Positions 25,706 to 37,172 of a stretch of DNA of 64,000 nucleotides are shown in pieces; position 1 is the stretch's first letter; the number at the start of each line of letters is the position of its first letter. Source of the DNA: Camelus dromedarius (lineage: Eukaryota); the NCBI RefSeq assembly GCF_036321535.1, contig NC_087437.1, forward strand, positions 33,916,001-33,980,000, written 5' to 3'. Under the pieces are notes generated by a model, which saw only the letters and a list, made by a program, of their open reading frames with translations, did not search any database and was not told the origin of the DNA. The position numbers and the translations under genes were made by a program.

Positions 25706-26966
25706 CTGGTACATAGGTGCAGACTTGCGTGTCCTTGAACTTAGTGAGCAGGACGTCCTGCTCACAAGTGGGAACCTTTCTGTCTCCTGTGACAAAAGGG
25801 TGATTCTAAAATGGGTGATGCTGAGAAGGGCAAGAAGATTTTTATTCAGAAGTGTGCCCAGTGCCACACCATGGAAAAGGGAGGCAAGCACAAGACTGAG
25901 CCGAATCTCCATGGGCCATTTGGGCAAAAGACAGGTCAGGCCCCTGGATTTTATTACTTGGATGCTAGCAAGATCAAAGGCATCTCTTGGGGAGAGGGAA
26001 CACTGCTGGGCTAGATGGAGAATCCCAAGAAGTACATCCTTGGGACAAGACATTAAGAAGATGGCAGAAAAGGCAGACTTGATAGCTTATCTCAAAACAG
26101 CTACTAATGAGTAGAAGTTGGCTGTTACCATACTTATTACAGAACAGAAGTATCTCACGACTTTACGTGTACCATACTTAATTGAGCTCCTACACCAGAA
26201 TTCAGACCATGAATGGCAGATATGATACTTCTTTTGGACTGATTTATATAGATTGACTTGTGGTTAAATTAATAAGATCAGCTTTTTTAAATTTTGATAT
26301 TAATTCCAGTTCAGCAAATGCTATCCATGTTTTCCTCTTCTAAATATATGACTGGACTTGATGAGTAATGCCCAACTATTCACAAAGATGGTGAATGCCA
26401 TCTCAAAACCTATAGGAAGCTGGGTTTACATTTAAATTTATATGACTGGCTATATAACTATATTTAAAGACTGAGGCTATCCCTTCACTGTCTCATAGCA
26501 AGATGCACCTGCATTTCAATTTCCGTTCATTAGCCTGCTAAAGGCCAGGGCTGAAGATAAGCTGGCAATGTTCACATTATCTTCTTGGTCTTAACTATGC
26601 CAATTAAATTAAATTTGCTGTATCTAAAATGTTGCCCTTTACTTCATGAAAGGCATTTTAGTATGGTTTATATACATAATATCAAACAAAGAATATTGAA
26701 TACTTTTCATATTTTATAGATGACCTATAAGCTACAACAGCAAACTTTGCTTGCAAATTCTATGCTGAGTCAAACTGAGTTATAATTCAGGATTGTCTTT
26801 TAAGCAGCTATGCAAAAGCACTGTGGCATTAACCTTTATGTATGATTGGTAATGGTGCTTTTGCCAGCTCATTAGAAAGATTAGAGGAATTACACCATCA
26901 GGAAAAATTTGTAAATTATGTGATCCTAAGGCTTAAGATAATGAAAACCAAAATCACAGATCAAAA

Positions 26967-27014
<48 letters not shown>

Positions 27015-27028
27015 AAAGAAGGGGGCAA
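25706..27028 (+). pseudogene. CYCS (pseudogene): Processed somatic cytochrome c pseudogene (5'UTR + CDS 25811-26114 + ~850-nt 3'UTR + decayed poly(A))
   Basis: [20 protein letters not shown]... from ATG 25811, intronless. Premature TAG 26012-26014 at the Tyr67 position. A 14-nt deletion near 26050 removes Met80 and shifts frame (304 nt vs 318 nt expected). The C-terminus IKKMAEKADLIAYLKTATNE* ends at 26114. UTRs resemble the recalled CYCS mRNA. TSD AAAATTAGAGGAACCTA 25689-25705 / AGAAGTAGAGGAACCTA 27029-27045. Confidence 0.97.
26967..27013 (+). repeat. (ATAG)n / (GATA)n tetranucleotide microsatellite, ~11-12 units
   Basis: Read directly. It lies in the A-tail position of the CYCS retrocopy. 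Confidence 0.95.
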
Positions 27029-29047
27029 AGAAGTAGAGGAACCTAGAATCCAGTGGAGCCTCCGTAAATATTATTTTACATTTCTTTCTTTTTTTCCTAT
27101 GACTTAGGAAACTATATTGTTTCTTGGGGAGGAAATGAGTTTTGAGAGCGGAAACCAACCCTGGAGCACAACTTTAGAACCCCTGTTACTTCACCCCCTT
27201 CTTCCCACACTTCTTCAAAAAAGGATGCCTAACTCCCTAGGAAATCCAGTCCTAATTATTAATTTAACCAGGCTCATTGTTTGGAAGTTCTTCTTAAAGC
27301 AAACCCACTTCCACCTATTTTAAGTTCAGAGACATGGAAAGTAGCTGGTTGTTTTCCTTTGCTATAAAAATATTCCATATGCTTGCAGACAATGGTAAGC
27401 CATCTTGGAATCTCAGTAAGGGTGGTCTACCCAAAAGGTGGTTTAAACAGCATTTTTAAAGGAACTGTTTTGGTTGTTATTGTAAGCCACCTCTTCCAAT
27501 CATTTCAGTAATAACCAGTTGCTACCTTTCTGTGAAATCTCCTAATATATTCACACACTTTAAGCACGTGGTTAGTGCTACTCTCAGGCTTTTCATCTTT
27601 CACTTCAGGCTGTTTTAAGAGTGGGGCTGCACTTTTAAACGGGAAACATTCCCTCCACCAGCTTAGAAAGGTGGCGATAAATTTCAGCAGCAGGAACATT
27701 CCGTTGGCAGTACAAATCACAGCACACACATCAGCTGGGAACTGAGGGCTGTCATTTTTAACTAAAGCAAGGGTAGGTCACTCCTACAGCCGATTTTCCA
27801 GTGGTGAATTAACACTGCCTCTGTTAGGAGACTGGTGTTTAGGATCCACACTTGGCCGCTTAAAGTAGCCGCGGGACTCTGGGCTAGTTCCTTTGTGTCT
27901 GAGCCTCAGTTCTGTGGTCTGCCTCGTGGAAAGGATAATAATGCCATGTGTGTGGCTGTGGGAAAGACAGGAAAGCTGGCAGTGCAGAGTCTCAATAATT
28001 ATGTTGGATCCAAATGCTTGATGGTCTCTAACAGGGTCCTTGTACTTTGATAAGACACTAACCGTAAATCTTGTCTACACCCTTTAGACCCATCTGCAAG
28101 TATGAGTATGTGTCCAAGCATGTGTGACCTACACTTTTAATAAAAATTAAGTCTCACATTAGGTGGAACCAAAGAGAAGTAGGTGCTGAGGCAATCCTAG
28201 ATGGTGCTGCAGGGGTTACCTTTAAACAGGTTTAAATTCTGCTGGGTCACACAGGGCTTCAGATTGATCTCACAGGTGGCAAAGAGCAGATATGGTATTC
28301 AAACTCAGATTGATCTGGGAAGATTTGATCTTTCCTCCATTCCAGGGCTGGCAGTAACTTGTATGTCACCTCCAATCCATCGGTAGCCGCTGCCGGCAGC
28401 ACTGGATTGGGGAGTCCCAGTTGGAATAGATGCTCAGCAAGAGGAAGTTCTGGAAATAATGAGCTGTACTTGCCAAGGAAGCAGGAGTAGAGAGTGAGGA
28501 ACTGAGTGCTGTGTATTTGCCATCCCCACACGATGCCTTGTTTGTGGATCCATCTGTCAACTACTAGAATCAGATGAGAGATAGGTACTGAGATTTGTTC
28601 CATGGGGAGCAGTGAAACTTACTTCCTTTTTTATCCACTTCTCTAAAGGGTGAATCTGTTTTTTGAGCCTAGATTTGAGAAGGTATAATAACCAGTAAAG
28701 TAAAATGAAATGCAGCTGAAATATAGATAGTAGTAACCGCCATGGACATTTTAACTTAAAGTGGTGGCGACAAGAGAATTGGTTAATTATAATCTCTCTA
28801 TGTTATCTGTCTCTCAGTGTGACCTGTCTAAATAGATCACCATATACTGAAATAATCCACTGTGACTTAATAAGGAGGTAATGAGCTTTCTGGTTTTATT
28901 CCTCCCTCCATCACTAACATTCAGTGTGGGATTTGTTGTTTTTAGTGTCTTAGTGCTTACCTAAAAAACGAGTTTGATAATGGTTTTCTGCTTCTTACTA
29001 ATATGTATGATGATGTGATTAAATGACATATAACTTTACGGCATCTG

Positions 29048-29860
29048 TTATTCAATCAACAAATAATTATATAAATTTATCCAGACTGCTCTCATGGAAC
29101 TTACATTCTAGAGAGGAAAGACAGACAATAAACAAGGAAACAGAGAAGGAAATTGTATACACTGATGTGTGCATAGCATGTGCACACACGCTGAGTGTGT
29201 GTTGCTATTTTAGATGGGGTAGTCCAGGGAATATCTTTCTGAAGACGTGCATTTAAGCTAAGACATGAAAGTGGAAAAGGAGCCAGACGTGGGTAGTCTG
29301 GGAGCGGAGCAGTCCCTGCAGAGAAAAGAGCCCGTGCAAAGATCCTGAGGTTGAAGGTAGGCAGGGGGTTCAGATTAAGTAGGCTAGTAGGGATTTTCAG
29401 CTGGGGGTGATACAACCCTCATTCCCCTGCCTAGACGGTGTTTGATGTGCAGTTGGTGATCCGGATGCAAAATATGGAGTTGAGGTCCGAGCACTGTTGG
29501 CTTTTAGTGGGCAGGACCAGGGATGCTAAACATCTTCACTGCTTTGGGTGGACGCATATGAGAAGATGTGCCCTGCTCATACTGTCCTGCAGATATTGTC
29601 TCTGTCAAGAAATCCTGAAGAATCTCTAAGGCCAGGGAAAGAAGTCTGAATTTTATCCTAAGCACAGTGAGAAGTTACCGGGGAGTTGTAAGCTTTAAAG
29701 ATGATCTTTGAAAGATCATTTTGGCTAGGGAGTGGAGTGTGAACTGTAAAGGGACAAGTGTGAATGCAGGGAAATTCAACAGGCAGCTCTTCCAGTGACC
29801 CAGAGTAGAGATGGGGGGTGGCCTGGGGATGGGGAGTAATGGTGAAGGTTTTGAGAAGTA
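29048..29860 (-). mobile_element. L2 fragment interrupted by a MER20-like hAT element (~29395-29620)
   Basis: TTCAATCAACAAATA...CTCATGGAACTTACATTCTAG...TGCAAAGATCCTGAGG, then CAGCTGGGGGTGAT...CCAGGGATGCTAAACATC, then L2 resumes (TTTGAAAGATCATTTTGGCT). Confidence 0.65.
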
Positions 29861-32800
29861 TTTCTACCGTCAAGAAGGAGACTGCTACATAAATATAAAA
29901 TGCTATTTCCCATAGCATCCCTATGTTATCTTTTTTTTTCTTTAAAGATTTTACCATTTCGGAATCCGCTGGTTTCCTCTATCGTCATTTAAGAGAATCT
30001 TTGTGCCACCAAATTATAGACTTTACTCTGTCAAATGCAAGTCCTTATCCTCTTGCTCTTTAACCTCGCAGATCCGTGTGCGTTTCAAGTTGTTCACAGC
30101 TCAGGAAGGTAATCTATTTGATTTGGGCTTGTAAAAAGAGATAAAAATTACATGTGCTCCTTGAATAACAATATGTGATTTCTCTCTCTGAAGGGTCAGT
30201 AGGAATTAGCCTACATACATCATTTTACAAAACTAGTGCCTAATCACATGAATAACAGGGACCAAGTCTACATTTTTTTTCGGCTGAAAAAGTCACAGTA
30301 AGTGAACATCGAAATCTCTTGGAGAGACTGCAGGCATTTCACTCGGGCACTAAAGCCTTGCAAATGGTTTTCAGGTGCATCAGCTGCTCCCCGACAAAGG
30401 CAATTCAGTTTCCAGGATCTTAGAGAATCCCCCTCACTGCACTCTTCTCTCTGCTCCTAGCCATCTCTTCTTACTGTACCCCCGCTGCGAGTGGCCCCCA
30501 GACTGCCCTCGGAGTGTCCTTGCAAATACAGAGACCCGTAAAGCAACAACATGGGAATCCATTAGTTCACCTGCAGAAGAACCCACTTCTGAAATATCTG
30601 GAGGGAGAAGCATCCTGGTCCCCAGGCTGAACTGAAGAGGGTGGCAGGAGAGAGAGGAGACAGCTGACTTCAGGTTATCCCCACACCGGCAAATGGTTCC
30701 CCCGAGTCCTGAAGTCAGCAGGTGGGTCTTCCCACCAGAGTCTTGTGTCCCCAGAGCAGGGCGGATAGTCACCAAAGAAACACTGGGGACTGGATGCGGG
30801 CAGGCAGAACAACGCACCGCAGCCTCCAGCAGAGCTGGTGGAGCAGGTACTCACTGACCGCATCCTGCCTTCTGATTTTGAGGTGAAACTGAAGAAGAGA
30901 AACAGAAAGTGGACAGGACCATCCCCCACCCCAAGCAAATTAAATTATGTGAACCCACCACCCAGTCTGTGTAAGCTAAGCTCTCAGAAATTAAAAAAAG
31001 CAAGGAGTCTTGCTTAACTGTAAAAAAAAAAAAGGAAGAAGAAGGTCTACATACAGGTGTGGTCTTGCAAGAGGCGGGCCACTTCTCTGCCGACTGCAAA
31101 AGGCGGAAACCAGGACCATGTATTGGAAGGGAAAGAGCAAATGTTTTGCGTTAACAAATCCTGTCCCAGCTACTACCTAGCCATGTGAATTTGGACAAGG
31201 CCACTTTCTTAGGCTTCCGAAATAGAGTTGATCAAGAGTCCTCTCAGACTCCGATGTGTTCTGAGGCTGTAATTTAGAATTCAGCTCAAGATCATGGCTC
31301 CCCTAAAGCCTCTTGCAGAACAAACCATCCGCTTCCCCCGACTCCTATGTCTCTCTCACTCTGAGTCAATCCCTTTCTCCATGCCGCCCCCACTAGCTGC
31401 TCCTGTCAGCACACCTGGGACACCACAGCTTTTCTTTCTTTCTTTGCACAGCTCGCTCCCTCCACTTGCTCTTCAGCCCCCAGGAAGGGAAGAACCAATG
31501 TCAGGTTCTGTCTTGGAATCTCCAGGGGTTAGCACTATACTTACTAGATGTTCAATAAATGTTCATTGTTGAATGAATGGATAGGGAAGATATAAAAACA
31601 GAGATGAATGGGCCAAACCAAGCTGAAGCTCAAGGGCCAGCTTTTGCTAAAGGCCATATATTCTGCCCATAAGACCCTGGATTTCTTAGAATTAAAAATA
31701 GAGAGAAAAGGGAATTTTAGATATTGTAGCAATAATTTTCAGACATCACAGTATCTAATACCCTATGTCTCCACTGAGATACACCGATTTTACAGGATTT
31801 TAGAAATACTAGAGTTTTACCTAGCCTTTATGGAATGTCTTATATTTGTAAAAAGCTGGTATGAAATTGCTGAGTAGAAATTTCCAGATCCCTTACTTTA
31901 TGACTTCATGCCTCTTGTTCTCAGAAGAAAAAAAAAAAAAAGCAAATCAGAAAGTTTAAAACTGCCTGCATCTTGTCTTCATAAGCTTTGATCCTTTCAC
32001 TTATTTAAACTTCGTAACCATCCTGGCCTCATAATTAGAATTGCTAAAGAACACAGGGAGGCCATCTGGGAATAACCCCCCTGGCCTGTCTGGCCAAGTC
32101 ACCAAAAATGGTCAAACCTTGCTGGTGTGGTGCTGGGAAGAGGGGAGGGGGCTGAGACTGCCAGCAGAGGTGGCCGGCAGTGTGACAAACCCAGGCTGGT
32201 CCAGTTCCAGGAGTTTGGATTTGAGGGGACTGAGATCTGGTGCAGTACCAGAACTTCTGGGCGGTGTCCAAGTATCTGATAAACTTTAGCCTAAACAGGG
32301 AGGATCACGCACAAGTGATTCCAACCTCAGGAAAGGGGTCAAAAGGAAAAGGGAAACGCAGCTGATTGTGCCTCTTCCTTGCACCGGGCCCCCTGCCGAA
32401 CAGATGCTTCCGCAGGGCTGAGGCTGGAAGACACTGCCCCGCGCGCCACAGTGTGGAATGGCCAACGGTGTCCCCGAGGGATGCTGAATGACGGGTTCTT
32501 CCAGAATACCGTGCACGAGACAAGAGTAATGGACACCCAGCTTCAGCGAGGGGACGTGCTGTGTGCGGTTCAGCCATCCATTGTCGGCAACTGGGGTGGC
32601 CAGTGTCGTGAACTCAATTATTTTTAGTTTTCTGGTCCACTGTGTAAAGAAGTGAGCCCTTTTGGCCCTTGTTAGTGTTGCCCTGGGAGCAGAGGAAGAG
32701 ACCACCTAGAGACCATGACACAGCTAGAGCTTTAATGACAACTATCAAGCCTTATTCAAACCAAAAAGAGCAGGGTTTTGGTAAGTTCCATGAGGGGAAG

Positions 32801-33261
32801 GCCCTGAGTGGGGGGAGAGCTGCTGATCACAGGGCTGCCGGGGGAGTTATGTCGGGAAATGTAACATACATTACACCTCTGTGACTGTTGCTAGGGCGTG
32901 CGCTTGGTGACATGAGGGGACTAGCACCAGTTTAAGTGCCCCCCACAGGCCTCTTGGCCAAACAACCTGGATGCTGACGCAGCGGTACCACGGAGTAGCT
33001 TTGCCCAACCATGCCTTTAGAGGAAAACCGTTAAGGAGAGGCAGGAGGTTAAGCTAAACTTCAGGATAATGTTGGGGAGTGGAAAGGAGAGACAGAGGGT
33101 GAAGTGTGGTTAGGATGGGACATGCCGAGGGCTTCAAAGGTACCAGGATAATCTGACTTAGAACGGAGAGGCGGGGGGTGCTGGGGTTCATTTGATCATT
33201 GTTCTTTACACTGTGCATGTATGTTTCCTGCCCTGCTGTGCATGTATGATATATTTTCTCT

Positions 33262-33491
33262 CTTTATTTTTAATTCAAGTATAGTTGACCCACAATGTTG
33301 TGTTAGTTTCTGGTGAGCAGCATTGTGATTCAGTTATATATTTAGACATATTCTTTTTCATTATAGGTTATTACGGGATATTGCGTGTAGTTCCCTGTGC
33401 TATCCAGCAGGTCCTTGTTGTTTACTTATATTGTGAATAGTAGTCTGTATCTCCTAATCCCAAACTCCTAATTTATCCCTCCCCTCCGACC
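33262..33491 (-). mobile_element. Cetartiodactyl-type L1 3' end, inserted into an older L1ME-like 3' end (~33110-33510)
   Basis: Reverse of the same L1 3'UTR (...GTTCCCTGTGCTATCCAGCAGGTCCTTGTTG...CCCAAACTCCTAATTTATCCCTCCCC). Confidence 0.8.
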
Positions 33492-34889
33492 TATTTTAAA
33501 ATAAAAAGAAATTAAACTCCCTCCCCCAAAAATAAAGACCTATGGTCTGACTGAAAGGAACTGACCAAGAACTAAAAAATGTTGCCAAAATAAAGTCCCT
33601 AAGACCTTAGGTCTTAAAACATTAACCATTTAAAACATTAACCATAGAACCAACGTACCTCTCTCTCTCCCTCCCTCCCTCCCTTTCCGCCCACCCTTCT
33701 CCCCCTCTGGTAAAATGTTTGCTGACTGGAAAAAATTCTGTAGGAGTGAGAAGCATTAAAACTTATCTATGAATTACATTTGAGAGAAAATATTCTTTCC
33801 CCTCCCTTCCCATCCTGCTCACCAGGGAGGGACTGATTCAGCACACTTTCTTTTCCAAAGCTGAAAGGTCACAAATAATGCCCGCTCTCTGGAAGCTGGT
33901 GTTCTAAACAAGGTAGCCATTGAGCAGAAAGAAGCCTGCTTAACGTCAGAGTGTGCTCAGCGGGGCTGACGTACAGTCCAGTGCCAGGCGAGCGCCTCGG
34001 CCTGCCCTCAGCAGCCTTTCCCTGTGTCCGTCCCAGGTTCTGCATTATGCTCTGCGCGCCAGCTCAATATTTCTTATTTTGTTTTGTTCTTTACATGCCT
34101 CAAAAAGCTCATTTTTTTTTCCCTGAGCTCTGGCTTAGCCAAGTTCCCTATATTTGGTTCCTTTGATCTTTCCGTTAAAATCAATCTCTTCCTCTAATTA
34201 TTTTCTGTTCCACTCCTTTGAACCCCTTCCAGTTGCCGCTATTTCTCAAGAAGCCAGGTGTTTAATAAAGAAATTGGATGAGGTTCAGGCAGAATCTAGG
34301 TAGATGCAGCTGCCTGCCCCCAGGTCACTTGTTGACTCCTCTTTAAGCGGCAGAGGTGGTTTACTGAAGGCACGTGACATTCCAGAGACATTCCAGGGCC
34401 CTGCACGAGGCAGGCGCTCGGTAAGTCATTACCACATGAAGGAGTTAATTGGGATCTTTTAAATGGGCGAGTTTATATTCCAATTTACACTCAATCTGCC
34501 TCCCCATCCCACCCTCGGCCCAGGTCTCTTTCTGCTCTCAGGTTTTTCTTTCCAGCCTAATCATTATTTCTTTGACACTTTAGTTTGCACATTTTTAAAT
34601 TTAATTTCCTTCTGTTTCCTCATCTGTTTAACCTCATTAGTTTAGTTCATGTCATAAGATTTTGATAGTAACTTCACCAGCTTAGTGTTATTTATAAGTT
34701 ATTCTATTTTACCCCTTTCTCTAAATAAGTGATAATCACATTCATATTGTCTGATTTTTAATTTCTCTTTATGAGAGAGAAGACTTTGCTTCTGTGCTTG
34801 TTCATTTTCATTGTTTTTCTAGCCACAGTGCAAGGGTCCACATATCCTCTGATTCTGACACAGACTGGGGTTTAGAATAAAGACCCTTA

Positions 34890-35070
34890 TCTTAAAATGA
34901 CAGGATGTCTGCGATTTGCTTCAGAATCATGTAATAGGAGGATTACAGGTGAAATAAGATTGCTGTAGGTCGACTGTTGCCAGAGCTGGGTGATGGGTTC
35001 GTGGGGTTCACTGTACTGCTCGATTATGTGAATGTTTGAAGGGTTCACACAATAAAAAGTTTTTTTAAAT
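34890..35070 (+). mobile_element. Old L1 (L1MC/L1ME-like) 3' end
   Basis: GATGTCTGCGATTTGCTTCAG...GCTGGGTGATGGGTTCGTGGGGTTCACTGTAC...AATAAAAAG. Confidence 0.65.
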
Positions 35071-35499
35071 ATATAGATGTACAAATAAGAATTGATCCAT
35101 GGATTCCCTTAGATGTAGAGAGGGAATGCCTCCGTCATTCTCCAGCTATCCCTGTCATCGTCACCTCCTGGAGGGAGGTTCGGCGCTTCCTGAACATCCA
35201 CTGTGAAGTTCAGCTCGTGCTACTTCTCTTCCTTTCTTTCCAGACTCTCGTTCTCACCTGGGACACCCCATCGTGCTGGTGTGTGGCGCACGCGACGCCT
35301 CGCGTGCGCAAGGCTGATTGTCTGCACGTGCATGCTCTTTCAGCAGCCCGCTATCCTATCCCTTGATTATATGTTAAATCGTTTTTTTAAGTGACGCAGA
35401 TCTCTATCTGCTGACTGTCTAGCACTCTGGCTAAGGCCTTTGGGTTGTTTTGATAAAGAATTTACTTTTTATCAACATCCGTCCACACAGAAAACACGT

Positions 35500-36035
35500 G
35501 TATATTCCAGCCAGTTCTGGCTTAAAACCCTTCATGTCTCTCTGTCGACTTCGAGTTCAAATTCAGTTTCAGTATCCCTCACATCCAGCTCTTGCTTTCC
35601 TACCATTTCCAGCGTCTTTCTCTACTGTCCTGCAATACTTACTCTCTATTCCAGTTATCCTAACTTCTCTCATTTGTGGGTAACATCCTGCTTTCTTACA
35701 TCTCTAAACTTTGACCATACTGTTCGGGCTGTCCTTGTGTCATTCGGCCTCTGGAGGACTTCTGTTTATACCTCAAGACTTAATGCAAGCATCACTCCTC
35801 TTGAAAGGCTTCCCTGAGCTGTCCACAATGCCCTCTCCAATATTTTCTTCCACTGCATTCTTTGACTACACCCCCACCCCGACTACTTTGAAACCCAACT
35901 GTAATCACTGAGGTTTTTTATTTCCTTTCTAGACTGTGAGTTCTTTGACCTCTTCCAACTTCTTCTCTCTAGAACCCAACCCAGTGCCTGGCACATAGTA
36001 GGTATTTCAATGAATGAGTAACTGAATGAATAGAG
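35500..36035 (+). mobile_element. L2 3' fragment
   Basis: Ends CTAGACTGTGAGTTCTTTGA...CCAGTGCCTGGCACATAGTAGGTATTTCAATGAATGAG. Confidence 0.65.
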
Positions 36036-37005
36036 GAATGGAAACCTGAATGCTGCTGTCTGCTTAAGGTAGCACCTCCCCACCCAAGGGCCTTCTCTAG
36101 AGGTCTGGGTCAATGCTTTGGTCCTGGGCAGCCCCTCCAGGCTTTCCCTCCTAACTGCCTTCCCCAACCCACCTGACCTACCTGGCTCTAGCTGTAACTC
36201 GATTGACCCTGTCTCTGCTGAGTCCTTCCTATTTGGTGCTCCACCCAGAAGAATGTTGCCTAAAGTGTGATACACAGTAATTTTTAGGTGATACTCAGAC
36301 AAGTGTCTTTCAACAGTCTTGCATTTCCATTCATATATATTTGGGAGGAGGGGGGATTGGGGGCATAAAATCTGTAATTTCACAGAGAATAATGCTTAGG
36401 ATGAGACAAATGTCATCGTGCCCTGGTAATCAGCCTTACCTAGACCTCATAAATCAGGCGTGAGGTGTTCGAGCATAATCATAAATGTTCCAAGTCCTCA
36501 ATAACTGAACCCCAGGCCATGCCAGTTAGAAGCACAGGCAGCCAGGAATCACACCAATAGGAAAGGACTCCCATCCCCTGAATTCTACAGGCACCTCTGT
36601 TTTATTCAGCTATATGTTGAAATATTACATCCTGAAGTTGCTGAGTATGTATGTATACACTTAAATATAACAGATAAAATAGTTAAATAACATACCTTAT
36701 AAAAAATGTTTTGTAACAGGTAAAATAGCTTTTGAGCTGGCCAACCACGTCCTCATGGGAGTTCCGATTTTTAGTGGGTTAATACAGAAACTGACAGATC
36801 TGTTTCACTGGTGTGGGTCCTTACCTTTGTCTGAAACTACCAGTTAGGACTTCTAGATATTTTGATCCAAAGGGCCCATTATCATCAATAAGAAGCTTAT
36901 ATTCAGCCATATATTTTATAAGTCAATTTGAGGTATTCTTTTTTTATTTGGCATTTTTACTTTTCATTTTTAAAAGTTTAGCAGCATTGTTTTTAATACA
37001 ATTTA

Positions 37006-37172
37006 CTATATTTCATCAAACCTAATGTACCATTGACATGTAAAGCACCTCATTATTTCATGTGCTACTAAGAACAACAGAGATGTTGCCAATTATAACA
37101 AGCTGCCATTTTCTAAGATACATCCCAATTTCAGAGGCATTAAAAATTATTTTTGGAACTGATGAAACGTAG
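37006..37172. mobile_element. MER104-like Tc1/mariner-superfamily MITE nested in a Charlie-like remnant (~36800-37370)
   Basis: Imperfect TIRs CTATATTTCATCAAACCTAA / TTGGAACTGATGAAACGTAG, flanked by TA at 37004-37005 and 37173-37174. Confidence 0.7.

Noticed and set aside
25725..26114. 129-aa ORF ending in the cytochrome c C-terminus
   Set aside because: Alternative-frame by-product of the 14-nt deletion in the pseudogene. It lacks CXXCH and Met80 and has a non-ATG start.
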